From an uncultured delta proteobacterium (GTDB taxonomy: Bacteria > Desulfobacterota > Binatia > Binatales > Binataceae), in the NCBI GenBank assembly GCA_963711565.1, contig CAVQEQ010000004.1, positions 32,001 through 96,000 on the forward strand: a DNA stretch of 64,000 bases, in the 5' to 3' direction. A program made the position numbers and the translations under genes. Shown here piece after piece: positions 50,601 to 60,152 of this stretch; the first letter of the stretch is position 1, and the number at the start of each line of letters is the position of its first letter. A model generated the notes under the pieces. That model saw only the letters and a list, made by a program, of their open reading frames with translations. It did not search any database and was not told the DNA's origin.

Positions 50601-53600
50601 CAAGCTGCCCGAGCACATGGTGCCCGCGGTTTTCGTAATGCTCGATAGCTTTCCGCTGACGTCCAACGGAAAGGTCGATCGGCGCGCGCTGCCATCGCCA
50701 AGCGACACACGGCCCGAATTGGGAAAAGCATTCGTGGAGTTCCGTACGCCCACTGAAGAATTGCTCGCGGAAATTTGGGCGCAAGTCCTCGGGGTCGAGC
50801 GAGTGGGTATCTACGATGATTTCTTCGACTTGGGGGGGCACTCGCTGCTAGCCACTCAGGTAGTGTCTAGAATCCGTGAAACCTTTCAGGTGGAGATGCC
50901 GTTGCGCCGCCTGTTCGAGACTCCTACGGTGGCCGGTCTCGCAGAAGGCATAGAGCTATCTCGCCGGAACAATCAGAACCTTCAACTATCACCTATTCAA
51001 CCTATCCCTCGAGATAGAGACCTGCCGCTGTCCTTTGCGCAGCAACGGCTGTGGTTCATCGATCAACTTGATCCGGGAAATTCGGTCTACAACTTTCCGG
51101 TAGCACTTCGCCTCAAGGGATCGCTCAACCTGGCGGCCCTCGAACAGAGTCTCAACGAAATCGTGAGGCGCCACGAAACTCTGCGAACGACATTTTCGAT
51201 GGTCGATGGACAACCAGCTCAAGTGATCGCCTCGAGCCTCACTATCACGTTGCCAATCGTAGATCTGACAGAGCTGCCCGAGGTCGAGCGCGAGACCGAA
51301 GTTCAAAGGCTGGTCGTTGAAGAGGCGCGACGCCCGTTCGATCTTGCGCGCGGTCCGCTCCTGCGAGCGAGCGTGCTTAAGCTCGCCGACGGCGAGCAGG
51401 TTGGCCTCCTCACGATGCATCATATCGTCTCCGACGGCTGGTCGGCTGGAATCCTGATTCGCGAGATGGCGGCTCTCTACCAGGCCTACTGCGCTGGGAG
51501 CCCGTCACCGCTGCCTGAGCTGCCGATCCAATACGCCGACTTTGCCCATTGGCAGCGAGAATGGTTGCAGGGCGCGGTGCTTCAAAGGCAGCTCGACTAT
51601 TGGAAGAAGCAGCTCGAAGGCAGCCCGCCGTTGCTGGAATTGCCCGAGGATCATCCGCGGCCGGCGGTGCAGACCTTTCGCGGCGGTCATCAATCATTGC
51701 TGTTGCCCAAATCCATCGGCAGCGAGTTGACCGCACTTAGCAGGCGGGAAGCGGCCACGCTCTTCATGACGCTGTTGGCAGCTTTCAAGGTTTTGTTGCA
51801 TTGCTACACCAGGCAGGACGATCTGGTAGTAGGCACCCCGGTTGCCAACCGCAACCGACTCGAGATCGAAGGACTAATCGGATTTTTCGTCAACTCGCTG
51901 GTATTGCGCACCAGCCTCTCCGGCAATCCTACCTTTCGAGAACTGGTGCGGCGTGTGCGAAAGGTTTGCGTGGACGCCTACGCCCATCAGGATCTGCCCT
52001 TCGAGAGGCTGGTCGAGGAATTACATATCGAGCGCGATCTCTCCCGCAATCCGCTGTTCCAGGTGATGTTCGTTCTTCAGAATGCGTCAATGCATGCGGT
52101 CGAACTGCCGGGCCTGACCTTGAATCCAGTGATTGCGGAAGGAGGAACCACTCACTTCGACTTAACGCTTCACATTGCCGATACCGAGCAAGGTCTGGTC
52201 GAGACCATCGCCTACAACACCGACCTGTTCGACGCCGACACAATAACTCGCATGTTAGCCCATTTTCAAACCCTACTTGAGGCGATAGTTAAAGACCCTG
52301 ACCGGCACCTTTCCGATTTATCTCTCTTAACCGATACCCAGCGTCAACAAGTGCTTTCGGGGTCTCACGACATTCATCGCAGCTATCGTCCGAATCTATG
52401 TATCCATCAGCTGTTTGAAGCCCAAGTTGAAAGAACCCCCGATGCAGTCGCACTGGTGTTTGAAGACGAGCACCTAACCTATCGCGAGCTGAACATCCGA
52501 TCCAATCGGCTTGCTCATAGCCTGCGGAAGTCAGGCGTGGGTCCCGAAGTTCCAGTCGGAGTGTGTCTTGAGCGCTCGTTGGAAGTGGTGATCAGTCTGC
52601 TGGCTATCCTTAAGGCGGGAGGTGTTTACCTGCCGTTGGATCTCGCGTATCCGAAACAGCGCATCAGCTTCATGCTGGAAGATTCCAGGGCTTCGGTGCT
52701 TTTGACTCAGAAGAGCTTGATCCAAGGGTTGCCGGAACACTGCGCGCGGGTAGTCTGCCTGGACTCGGACGGGGAAGCGATCGCCCAGGAGAGTTCGGAA
52801 AATCAGGCCAGCTCAAGCGAGTCCGAAAACCTCGCCTATATAATCTATACCTCGGGATCTACCGGTCAGCCGAAAGGAGTACTGGTTTCGCATGGCTCGA
52901 TCGCGGAACATTGCCGCGATGCTGAAAAGTATTACGAACTGAAACCAACCGATCGGGTACTGCAGTTCGCATCGATGAGCTTCGATCTGTCGTTGGAACA
53001 AATTCTGCCCACTCTCATCGCCGGGGCGCGCCTGGTCGTGGTGGGGAAAGAGGTATGGAGAGCGTCGGAATTTCATAGCAAAGCGGCCGAATTCGGATTG
53101 ACCGTAGTAGATCTTCCTACCGGGTACTGGCAGGAACTTGTTCATGAGTGGGCGATCTGCCCCGAGCCAGTTTTGAGTACGCAGTACCGGCTCTTCCTCG
53201 TCGGTGGAGACACCATGTTGCCGGAAGTTCTCAGTCTCTGGCAGCGAACGCTGCTGAGATCCGTTCGTCTGATCAATGCCTATGGACCTACTGAAGCGAC
53301 TATAACCGCAACTGCGTTCGAGGCTACATCAAACTTTGGCGAGACCGGGAAGTTTCATCGAGTCCCCATAGGTCGTCCTCTGGCTAATCGGGAAATTTAC
53401 ATTCTGGACAGGCATTGCAATCCTGTCCCAATCGGAGTTCCCGGCGAGCTTCATATCGGGGGCAGAAGCCTCGCACGAGGATATCTAAACCGGCCAGATC
53501 TGACCGCTGACAGGTTTATTCCGGATCCTTTCAGCACTGTCGCAGGCGCGCGATTGTATAAAACTGGTGACCTGGCGCGGCACTTACCCGACGGTAACAT

Positions 53601-55068
53601 CGAATATATCGGACGTACTGACCATCAGGTGAAGATCCGCGGGTTCAGAATCGAACTCGGAGAAATCGAAGCGGCCCTCGCGCAGCATCCTTCCGTGCGT
53701 CAAGCGATCGTGTCGGCTCAGCAGGACATCCACGGAGAGAAGCGTTTGGTGGCCTATGTGGTCCGTGATCGCGAGCACGAGCACGCGCCCACAACTAATG
53801 ACCTGCGCAGTTTTCTGAAGGACAAGGTGCCTGAGTACATGGTGCCATCGGTATTCATGCTGCTTGATTTCCTTCCTACTATGCCCAATGGAAAATTGGA
53901 CCGGGGCGCGCTGCCGAAGCCGGACCAAACGCGACCCGAAATGGGGAAAACATTTGTAGGCCCGCGCGATGCTCTGGAACTCCAACTGACCAGTCTCTGG
54001 GAAGAAGTTCTGAACATTCGACCGATCGGAGTGACCGACAATTTCTTTGAGCTCGGCGGGCACTCTCTGCTGGCGGTGCGTCTGTTTGCCTTGATCGACA
54101 AACGTCTGGGTAAAAGACTCCCGTTGGCGGCTCTTTTTCGAGGAGCAACCATCGAAGGTCTGGCTGACATCGTGCGCCAGAACTCATTGTCAGAGACGTC
54201 GTCATCGCTGGTACCTATCCAGCCTTACGGCAACAAACGGCCGCTCTTTCTCGTGCATCCGGCTGGAGGACACGTTTTTCCATTTATCGGCCTGGCCCAA
54301 TGTCTAGGTCCCGATCAGCCTTGTTACGGATTGCAAGCCCGTGGCGTGGAAGAAGGGCAAGACCCGCACACCCGGATCGAGGACATGGCCGCTTGCTACA
54401 TTGAAGCTATTCGGTCCGTGCAGCCGGAAGGCCCCTATCTTCTAGGCGGCTGGTCGATGGGTGGTGAGATAGCCTTCGAGATGGCTCAGCAGTTTCACGC
54501 GCAAGGACAGCGCGTGACGTTGCTGGCTCTACTCGACGCTCGCATTCCCTCTTCCGGTGAGAATGTCGCTGACGAAGATTTCGAAGCGATTTTGCTGGCC
54601 GATGTGGTTCGCTATTTCGGTCTCCCAAAGGATTTCAGCGAGTCGCTGGCGCTTATTCCCCAAAACGAACTCCTCGCACGAGTGCTGGAGCAAGGGAAGA
54701 GATCAGGCTTGATCCCCGCCGATATTGAAGCTTCTCAGGCGCATCGCCTGATCGAGCTCTGCAAATCAGATTTTCGAGCCAGTCGAAACTACGTGCTGCA
54801 TCGCTATCCCGGTCGAGTGACTCTGTTCAGGGCTAGGGAGGATCTCTCTGGAAATCGCCTCGATCCGACGCTGGGATGGAGTGATTGGGCTGACGGAGGA
54901 GTGGACGTTCAGATCGTTCCAGGCAATCACGCGACCATGGTTTACAAACCGAATGTGGAAACTCTCGCGGAGAAGCTTGCAGCGTGCATCGACCAAGTGC
55001 ATCTGGAACCGGAATGCCTGAGCAATAGGATCGAGCCATCGAACGAATTGCTGAAGGACTCTCAATGA
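47695..55068 (+). CDS. Bimodular NRPS: C-A-PCP-C-A-PCP-TE
   Basis: HHIVID and HHIVSDG C domains, two YTSGSTG/YKTGD A domains, two GGHSL PCPs, GWSMG TE. Confidence 0.96.
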   Translation: MSDVSNRIADLSSAEKRALLAKLLREKARAAESFYPLSYNQQGIWFLSQLAPESMVYNVSFAARIASELDVPALHRSFQALVDRHPCLRTTIDVHSGKPAQRIHHDAKVHFEEVDASAWSRDEVESRLTDEAHRPFDLEQGPLLRVSVFQRSAQEHYLLLVVHHIVIDFWSLAILLNELGTLYPAEAARRATLPPLKLQYSDYVRWQSEVLAGAEGERLWAYWQKQLAGQLPVLALPTDRPRLPIQTHRGGSHDFVLNDELSGRLKLLARAQGATLYVVMLAAFQAMLHYLSGQDDLVVGSPVVGRSRAEFEEIVGLFTNPVFLRVNLAGNPTFQEFVNHVRETVLAALEHQDFPTLLLVERLKPARDLSRPPICQTMFVLDKPHGLAEDGAPTFVHGEAGPTMNSGGLVLESFPLEHRSASLDLVLLVVESTQSLSISVRYNAELFDHSTVIRFGKYFETLLEHVVMQPDVRLSGIAELLAATDREDRRLMDFNQTASPYPDDVCIHRLFEDQVNRRPEGIALTFEHQHLTYAQLNARANQLAHYLRARGVRPEVPVAICMERCFEMVVAILGILKAGGAYLPIDPAYPKERLAFVLENARARVLLTMEPLRERMPEQGVRLICLDSDWESIGTESCENPPSFATAGNLANVIYTSGSTGRPKGVMVEHRGLSNTIQWLSQTLAITADDSTLLKTPITFDAAGREIFPTLLAGARLIIAEPNAHRDCRYIAEKIRDNGVTILHCVPSFLRLLVIEPAFADAVALRAVMCGGEALTPDIVAEFGRHSGAKLYNVYGPTETIIDSAYWLCDGSNGDSTVPIGRPIPNASIHILDANLRPVPTGVAGELYIGGVSLARGYLNLPALTAEKFIPDPFSSEAGNRLYKTGDLARYQQDGNIQYLGRADYQVKIRGFRIELGEVETALALHPSVSQTIVIVHEGALGERRLVAYVVAQPRCAPAAIELRNFLKDKLPEHMVPAVFVMLDSFPLTSNGKVDRRALPSPSDTRPELGKAFVEFRTPTEELLAEIWAQVLGVERVGIYDDFFDLGGHSLLATQVVSRIRETFQVEMPLRRLFETPTVAGLAEGIELSRRNNQNLQLSPIQPIPRDRDLPLSFAQQRLWFIDQLDPGNSVYNFPVALRLKGSLNLAALEQSLNEIVRRHETLRTTFSMVDGQPAQVIASSLTITLPIVDLTELPEVERETEVQRLVVEEARRPFDLARGPLLRASVLKLADGEQVGLLTMHHIVSDGWSAGILIREMAALYQAYCAGSPSPLPELPIQYADFAHWQREWLQGAVLQRQLDYWKKQLEGSPPLLELPEDHPRPAVQTFRGGHQSLLLPKSIGSELTALSRREAATLFMTLLAAFKVLLHCYTRQDDLVVGTPVANRNRLEIEGLIGFFVNSLVLRTSLSGNPTFRELVRRVRKVCVDAYAHQDLPFERLVEELHIERDLSRNPLFQVMFVLQNASMHAVELPGLTLNPVIAEGGTTHFDLTLHIADTEQGLVETIAYNTDLFDADTITRMLAHFQTLLEAIVKDPDRHLSDLSLLTDTQRQQVLSGSHDIHRSYRPNLCIHQLFEAQVERTPDAVALVFEDEHLTYRELNIRSNRLAHSLRKSGVGPEVPVGVCLERSLEVVISLLAILKAGGVYLPLDLAYPKQRISFMLEDSRASVLLTQKSLIQGLPEHCARVVCLDSDGEAIAQESSENQASSSESENLAYIIYTSGSTGQPKGVLVSHGSIAEHCRDAEKYYELKPTDRVLQFASMSFDLSLEQILPTLIAGARLVVVGKEVWRASEFHSKAAEFGLTVVDLPTGYWQELVHEWAICPEPVLSTQYRLFLVGGDTMLPEVLSLWQRTLLRSVRLINAYGPTEATITATAFEATSNFGETGKFHRVPIGRPLANREIYILDRHCNPVPIGVPGELHIGGRSLARGYLNRPDLTADRFIPDPFSTVAGARLYKTGDLARHLPDGNIEYIGRTDHQVKIRGFRIELGEIEAALAQHPSVRQAIVSAQQDIHGEKRLVAYVVRDREHEHAPTTNDLRSFLKDKVPEYMVPSVFMLLDFLPTMPNGKLDRGALPKPDQTRPEMGKTFVGPRDALELQLTSLWEEVLNIRPIGVTDNFFELGGHSLLAVRLFALIDKRLGKRLPLAALFRGATIEGLADIVRQNSLSETSSSLVPIQPYGNKRPLFLVHPAGGHVFPFIGLAQCLGPDQPCYGLQARGVEEGQDPHTRIEDMAACYIEAIRSVQPEGPYLLGGWSMGGEIAFEMAQQFHAQGQRVTLLALLDARIPSSGENVADEDFEAILLADVVRYFGLPKDFSESLALIPQNELLARVLEQGKRSGLIPADIEASQAHRLIELCKSDFRASRNYVLHRYPGRVTLFRAREDLSGNRLDPTLGWSDWADGGVDVQIVPGNHATMVYKPNVETLAEKLAACIDQVHLEPECLSNRIEPSNELLKDSQ

Positions 55069-55340
55069 ACGACGATACTGAAGATACAAAATATAAAGTC
55101 GTGGTGAATGACGAAGAGCAGTTCTCGATTTGGGCTGTCGATCGTCCGAACCCCAATGGCTGGCGCGATGCGCCTAAGAGTGGTTCTAAGTCTGAGTGCC
55201 TGGCTTACATCGAAGAAGTGTGGATCGATATGAGGCCGCTCAGTCTTAGGAATAAAATGAATAACTCCGTAGGTGTGCCTGAGCTTCCGGGTGTTCATTT
55301 GAACGGGAATCATCGAAAAGCGAGCGAGAGAAAATCTTGA
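55065..55340 (+). CDS. MbtH-like protein
   Basis: NDEEQFSIW...PNGW...WIDMRPLS. Confidence 0.95.
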   Translation: MNDDTEDTKYKVVVNDEEQFSIWAVDRPNPNGWRDAPKSGSKSECLAYIEEVWIDMRPLSLRNKMNNSVGVPELPGVHLNGNHRKASERKS

Positions 55341-56083
55341 CCGCCTCATCATCTGACTCGTGGATTGCGGGGCGCCAACCAAACTCGCAGGCACGCTTGC
55401 GCCTGTTCTGTTTTCCATACGCCGGTGGAGCCGCATCGGTGTTTCGCAACTGGTCAGAAGGATTGCCCGCCGATGTTGAGGTGTGTCCGATCCAATTCCC
55501 AGGGCGCGGGACTCGATTGATGGAGCCTCCGTTCAGAAAGCTTTCGCTTCTGGTCGAGGCGTTGGCCGAAGCGCTACGTCCGCTTCTCGACAAACCCTTC
55601 GCATTCTTCGGTCATAGCCTCGGATCTCTAGTGAGCTTTGAACTCGCCCGCCAGTTCCGGGTAAAGCATCAGGCAAGTCCGATCCGCTTGTTTGTATCGG
55701 CAGGGCCCGCGCCGCAGATTCCTCATCGAGGCCCGCCGATCAATAGTTTGCCGAAAGAAGAATTTGCGGCGGAGTTGCGGCGCTTGAACGGAACGCCGGC
55801 AGAGTTGCTGAATGACAAAGAACTGATGGATATCGTGCTTCCGTCACTGCGGGCGGACTTTGCCCTCTACGAAAGCTATCGATACTTGTCGGGGCTTCCG
55901 CTGAATTGCCCAATTTCCACTTTTGGCGGCTTGAACGACCAAAGAGTCAATCATGACGATCTCGAAGCATGGCGTGATCAGACCACAGCTTCCTTCTCTA
56001 TCCGGATGTTTCCCGGTGACCATTTCTTCTTGAAAACGACCCAGCCCTTGTTGCTTCGAGCTCTCTCGCAAGAGCTGCGATGA
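55337..56083 (+). CDS. Type II thioesterase
   Basis: FPYAGG, GHSLG, GDHFF. Confidence 0.95.
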   Translation: MTASSSDSWIAGRQPNSQARLRLFCFPYAGGAASVFRNWSEGLPADVEVCPIQFPGRGTRLMEPPFRKLSLLVEALAEALRPLLDKPFAFFGHSLGSLVSFELARQFRVKHQASPIRLFVSAGPAPQIPHRGPPINSLPKEEFAAELRRLNGTPAELLNDKELMDIVLPSLRADFALYESYRYLSGLPLNCPISTFGGLNDQRVNHDDLEAWRDQTTASFSIRMFPGDHFFLKTTQPLLLRALSQELR

Positions 56084-56859
56084 AGAGCGGACAGATAACA
56101 GCCGCCTGTTTTGATGTTCCTTGGCTCTCGCCGCCCGAGCGTCTGAGCTTAGCTGGCAACGCGGTGCATGTCTGGCGAGCCAGTTTGGATCAGCGCTCTT
56201 CGCAGGCAGATGGCTTTCTAAACACTCTGGACGACGACGAACGATCGAGGGCAGGCCGATTCTACTTCAGCCGCGACCGCGAGCGCTTTATCGTAGCTCG
56301 TGGAGTACTCAGGGCGATCCTCGGCAGCTACTTAAACAGAGCACCTGAAAGCCTCGCCTTCAGTTATAACACCCATGGAAAGCCTGCCTTGGACTCGGAG
56401 TCAGATGCGATCCGCTTCAACCTTTCCCACTCTCACGGGACGGCCCTATATGCAGTTACTCGTGGCCGCGAGATCGGCGTGGATCTCGAATTCATCCGCT
56501 GCGATTTGGAGGCGGAGCAAATCGCCGAACGATTTTTCTCGCACCGCGAGATCGCTACGCTCCGGGCGCTCCCGCTCAGCCTTCGGAAATACGCATTCTT
56601 TCTCTGTTGGACCCGCAAAGAAGCCTACATCAAGGCCAGAGGTGACGGACTTTCGATGCCTCTTGACCAGTTCGACGTATCGCTGATTCCCGGAGAACCT
56701 GCGGCGCTGTTGAGCACGCAACCAGATAGAGGCGAAGCCGTTCGCTGGTCTTTATGGAACCTGACCCCCGCCTCCGGCTACGCTGCCGCGCTTGCCGCCG
56801 AAGGACGCGACTGGACGCTGTCCTGTTGGCAATGGCCGCTATTCGGGATTGAGCGTTAA
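56080..56859 (+). CDS. Sfp-type 4'-phosphopantetheinyl transferase
   Basis: GKP, FNLSHS, IGVDLE, WTRKEAYIKA. Confidence 0.95.
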   Translation: MKSGQITAACFDVPWLSPPERLSLAGNAVHVWRASLDQRSSQADGFLNTLDDDERSRAGRFYFSRDRERFIVARGVLRAILGSYLNRAPESLAFSYNTHGKPALDSESDAIRFNLSHSHGTALYAVTRGREIGVDLEFIRCDLEAEQIAERFFSHREIATLRALPLSLRKYAFFLCWTRKEAYIKARGDGLSMPLDQFDVSLIPGEPAALLSTQPDRGEAVRWSLWNLTPASGYAAALAAEGRDWTLSCWQWPLFGIER

Positions 56860-57128
56860 TCGCGCTCCGACTCGTTAGCAATAAGCGGTTGCTTGGCCGC
56901 GTGGAAAGGGAATAGCCTGAGTTTGCCTCCCGAGAGCTTGCTTCCATCTACAATCTCTGCCCGAGGAAGTTTCCACGCGGTATGCGTGCTGAGTGTCTGC
57001 GCCTGAGCAGGGCCCGGTATGCTTGAACCAGTGCGCCGGCGCTTATCGTCGTCTTGGTTTAGGAGCCACAAATTTTTGGAACTATCATTTCGTCGATCCG
57101 ATTCCGGATCCTGATTGCTTCGCTGACG

Positions 57129-58028
57129 GTGTTCGCGGCGGGCTTAATCCAATGGCCTTCCGTGGGCCGAGCGGACGTACTTCTGGCGCCGAGCACGGAG
57201 TCGAGCGCAGGTGGCGAAATCGATGCCTGGCTCGTGACGCGCGGTCTGATCGGCAACGCGATGATCACTGCACAATCCGGCGCCGGCATAATGACCCCAC
57301 CGCCGGGCACCGAGGTAAACGAAACCCGGCAAACAGCGAACCTTACGGGCGAGGTCCTGAACGAAGTCAAATCGTGGAACGAGAGAAAGAACGACGACAC
57401 GATCCATATCGAGGTGACCACTCTTTCGACTACCCAGTTCGAAGTCGCTTTCTGGCTGTTTCCCAATCATCGGAAGGGCTGCACCATGTATAAGTGGACA
57501 CTCTACGATCATGGCCGCGCGCTGCAGAGCGCGTTCTGGCGCAACGATGCGGCGGTGCTGCGGCTGGCTGGCGCCGCGGATCTGCCCCATGACTTGTATC
57601 CGGATTCGGTTCCGTGGGTGGCGTTTCTACGCGTCCTCGATGCGCCGCGCGAAGGCGGCGAAGGTATGATTGATCAACAGATCACGCCTTACAGCTATGT
57701 TGGTCAGGAGGTTTGGGTGGCCGGCTCCGAACAGGTCACCGTCCCAGCCGGCACCTTCTCTGCGCTGAAGGTAACCGCGAAAGTCAACATCACGACGATA
57801 ATGCCGAACTGGCCCCGCTTCGTTCTGCAAGTCATCAAGCCCGTAATTCCAAAAAACACGCTCTACTTCGAGGCGGCGTCCCCCTATCGGCTGCTCAAGC
57901 AGGAAGGGACCACCTTTGTCGGGGGCCCCGAGGTCACGACGGAACTTATCCGTTTCTATACTGCCGAGGCGCCGCCCGTCACGCCGGTCGCTGCCGCGCC
58001 CGCAGGTCAGCTGATCGCCAAGCCTTAG
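57129..58028 (+). CDS. Putative exported beta-rich protein (DUF3108-like)
   Basis: VTVPAGTF motif; signal-peptide-like N-terminus; frame is open back to 57063, so the start is uncertain. Confidence 0.6.
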   Translation: MFAAGLIQWPSVGRADVLLAPSTESSAGGEIDAWLVTRGLIGNAMITAQSGAGIMTPPPGTEVNETRQTANLTGEVLNEVKSWNERKNDDTIHIEVTTLSTTQFEVAFWLFPNHRKGCTMYKWTLYDHGRALQSAFWRNDAAVLRLAGAADLPHDLYPDSVPWVAFLRVLDAPREGGEGMIDQQITPYSYVGQEVWVAGSEQVTVPAGTFSALKVTAKVNITTIMPNWPRFVLQVIKPVIPKNTLYFEAASPYRLLKQEGTTFVGGPEVTTELIRFYTAEAPPVTPVAAAPAGQLIAKP

Positions 58029-58400
58029 CGAGTTTCTTTGCCCGATTCGCTTGCCCGGATATCAGCCCTAAAAAATTACGTCGCGAATTTGAAAATCCCT
58101 TTGAAGCTGGCTTAACTCGCCGGATCGCTACGCTATTTCATTTTTCCCTGGACTCTGGGCACGATCGATCTCGCCGAACAAAACCTCGACCAGTTGCATC
58201 TGATAGCTAGGCCTGTCAATAAGGTAGAAAGTAATTAGCATCCATTAACTCGAAAAAAGACAAATAGTGTTCCCAGGGAGACGAAAATCAATCTCATGGA
58301 GAGGTGCGGTTGTCGCATTGGCTGCCAACCAGGCGACCTGCTCAGGCAGTGGCATTAGCGATGGATTCGCAACCTCCAATACAGAAATTCTGGAGATCTG

Positions 58401-59399
58401 ATGCCCGAAGAATTTGTTGTTCCTGAGGAGGAACGGGTTGCGAAAGCGGTCCACTCCGACGCCTACTTCGATCTGATTCGCAGGCTCAGCCATCAATCGG
58501 TGGTGAAACATTTCGATGCCTACGCGGATATTGACTGGGACAATCCTGAGTTCCGAATCGATCACGATGACTCGCGATGGGAACTCGAGCCGGACGACGT
58601 GCTTGGAGCGACCGCATGGTACCGCGCGCAGCCGGCAGGAATCCGGTCCCGGATCGGTCTTCGCATATTGGCCAACTTTATGAAGATCGGTGTGATCTTC
58701 GAATACGTGCTCAAGCGCGGCCTGCTGGATTTCGCGAGCCGGCTGCCAAGCGGATCGCCCGAATTCCGCTACTGCTACCACGAGACCATCGAAGAGGCGC
58801 AGCACTCGCTCATGTTCCAGGAATTCATCAACCGCACCGGCTTCAACCTTCCCGGACTAAGCGGGCTCGAATGCAGGTGTGCGGACTTCGTAGTGAAGTA
58901 CGCGCGCAAGTTCCCGGAACTGTTCTTCGTCTTCGTACTGGCAGGCGAAGATCCGATCGATTACGTGCAGCGCCAGAGTCTGCGCAAGAACCGCGAGGAC
59001 ATTCATCCGCTGCTTCGGCGAATCATGCAGATCCACGTTACAGAAGAGGCGCGCCACATGAGCTTCGCGCGTCACGCCTTGCGCATGCGCGTTCCGGCGC
59101 TGCGCGGCAGCCGCCGGTGGCGGTTGGGACTGTGCGTGCCTCTAATCCTCGGTGTCATGGGCAAGATGATGATGGAGGCGTCGCCGCAGATCGCGCGCGA
59201 ATATAAGATCCCGCGCGAAGTCGTGGACGCCGCCTATCGCAAGAATCCGATTCACGGTGCACGCATCCACGAAGCTTCAACCAAGCTGTTTGGCCTGTGC
59301 AAAGAGTTGGGTCTGGTGAACCGATGGTCGTTGCGTTTGTGGAAAGTAATGCGAATCCTGCCGGAAGCCGGAGCGTTGGTTCCCGCTGCTACGCGGTGA
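58401..59399 (+). CDS. AurF-family diiron oxygenase
   Basis: FE, HETIEEAQH, GED, IHVTEEARH ferritin-like ligands. Confidence 0.88.
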   Translation: MPEEFVVPEEERVAKAVHSDAYFDLIRRLSHQSVVKHFDAYADIDWDNPEFRIDHDDSRWELEPDDVLGATAWYRAQPAGIRSRIGLRILANFMKIGVIFEYVLKRGLLDFASRLPSGSPEFRYCYHETIEEAQHSLMFQEFINRTGFNLPGLSGLECRCADFVVKYARKFPELFFVFVLAGEDPIDYVQRQSLRKNREDIHPLLRRIMQIHVTEEARHMSFARHALRMRVPALRGSRRWRLGLCVPLILGVMGKMMMEASPQIAREYKIPREVVDAAYRKNPIHGARIHEASTKLFGLCKELGLVNRWSLRLWKVMRILPEAGALVPAATR

Positions 59400-59426
59400 G
59401 TGCGCGGCCGGAGAAATCAAATCGAA

Positions 59427-60140
59427 TCAAGCAACAGCAGCCACCTGGCCGCCACGCGTCTCGTCGCCCGTAATCTGGCCGTCGCGCAAACGGATTAAGC
59501 GATGAGCTCGCTCCATGACCTGCGGGTCATGGGTGGAGAAGAGAAAAGTCGTACCCGTGGTACGATTAAGCTGTTCCATCACATCGAGAAGAGCGATAGC
59601 CGAGGCGGAGTCCAGATTTGCGGTGGGCTCATCGGCCAGAATGAGCGCAGGCTCGGTAACCATCGCGCGAGCCACGGCAACGCGTTGTTGCTGACCGCCG
59701 GACAACTCGGCGGGGCGACGATCCTCAAGACCGGCGAGGCCGATTTCTGCAAATAGTTTTTCGACCTTTTCCCTACGTTGGCGCGCAGGCATCCCCTGTA
59801 GGAGCAGAGTAAATTCCGCGTTTTCCAAAGCAGTAAGGACAGGCAACAGGTTGTACGTCTGGAAGACAAAGCCGATGCGCAGCAAACGCAGATGTGCCAG
59901 CTCACCTGCGGACAAGAGCTGAAGGTTTTGCCCCGCCACCCAGATCTCGCCAGTGTCCGCGCGATCGAGCCCGCCGATAATGTTGAGCAGGGTGGTCTTG
60001 CTTGAACCAGATGGACCTGCGGTAGCTACGAATTCCCCGGCCGCGATACTCAGAGAGACGCCACGCAAAGCTGGGACCTCGATCGGTCCAGTGCGATAGG
60101 TCTTTCGCACGTCTTTCAATTTAACCGCCCATTCGTTCAT
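59427..60140 (-). CDS. ABC transporter ATPase (LolD/MacB-like)
   Basis: GPSGSSKTT (variant Walker A), LSGGQQQR, LADEPT. Confidence 0.93.
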   Translation of the reverse strand: MNEWAVKLKDVRKTYRTGPIEVPALRGVSLSIAAGEFVATAGPSGSSKTTLLNIIGGLDRADTGEIWVAGQNLQLLSAGELAHLRLLRIGFVFQTYNLLPVLTALENAEFTLLLQGMPARQRREKVEKLFAEIGLAGLEDRRPAELSGGQQQRVAVARAMVTEPALILADEPTANLDSASAIALLDVMEQLNRTTGTTFLFSTHDPQVMERAHRLIRLRDGQITGDETRGGQVAAVA

Positions 60141-60152
60141 ATCGCCTCTCTG

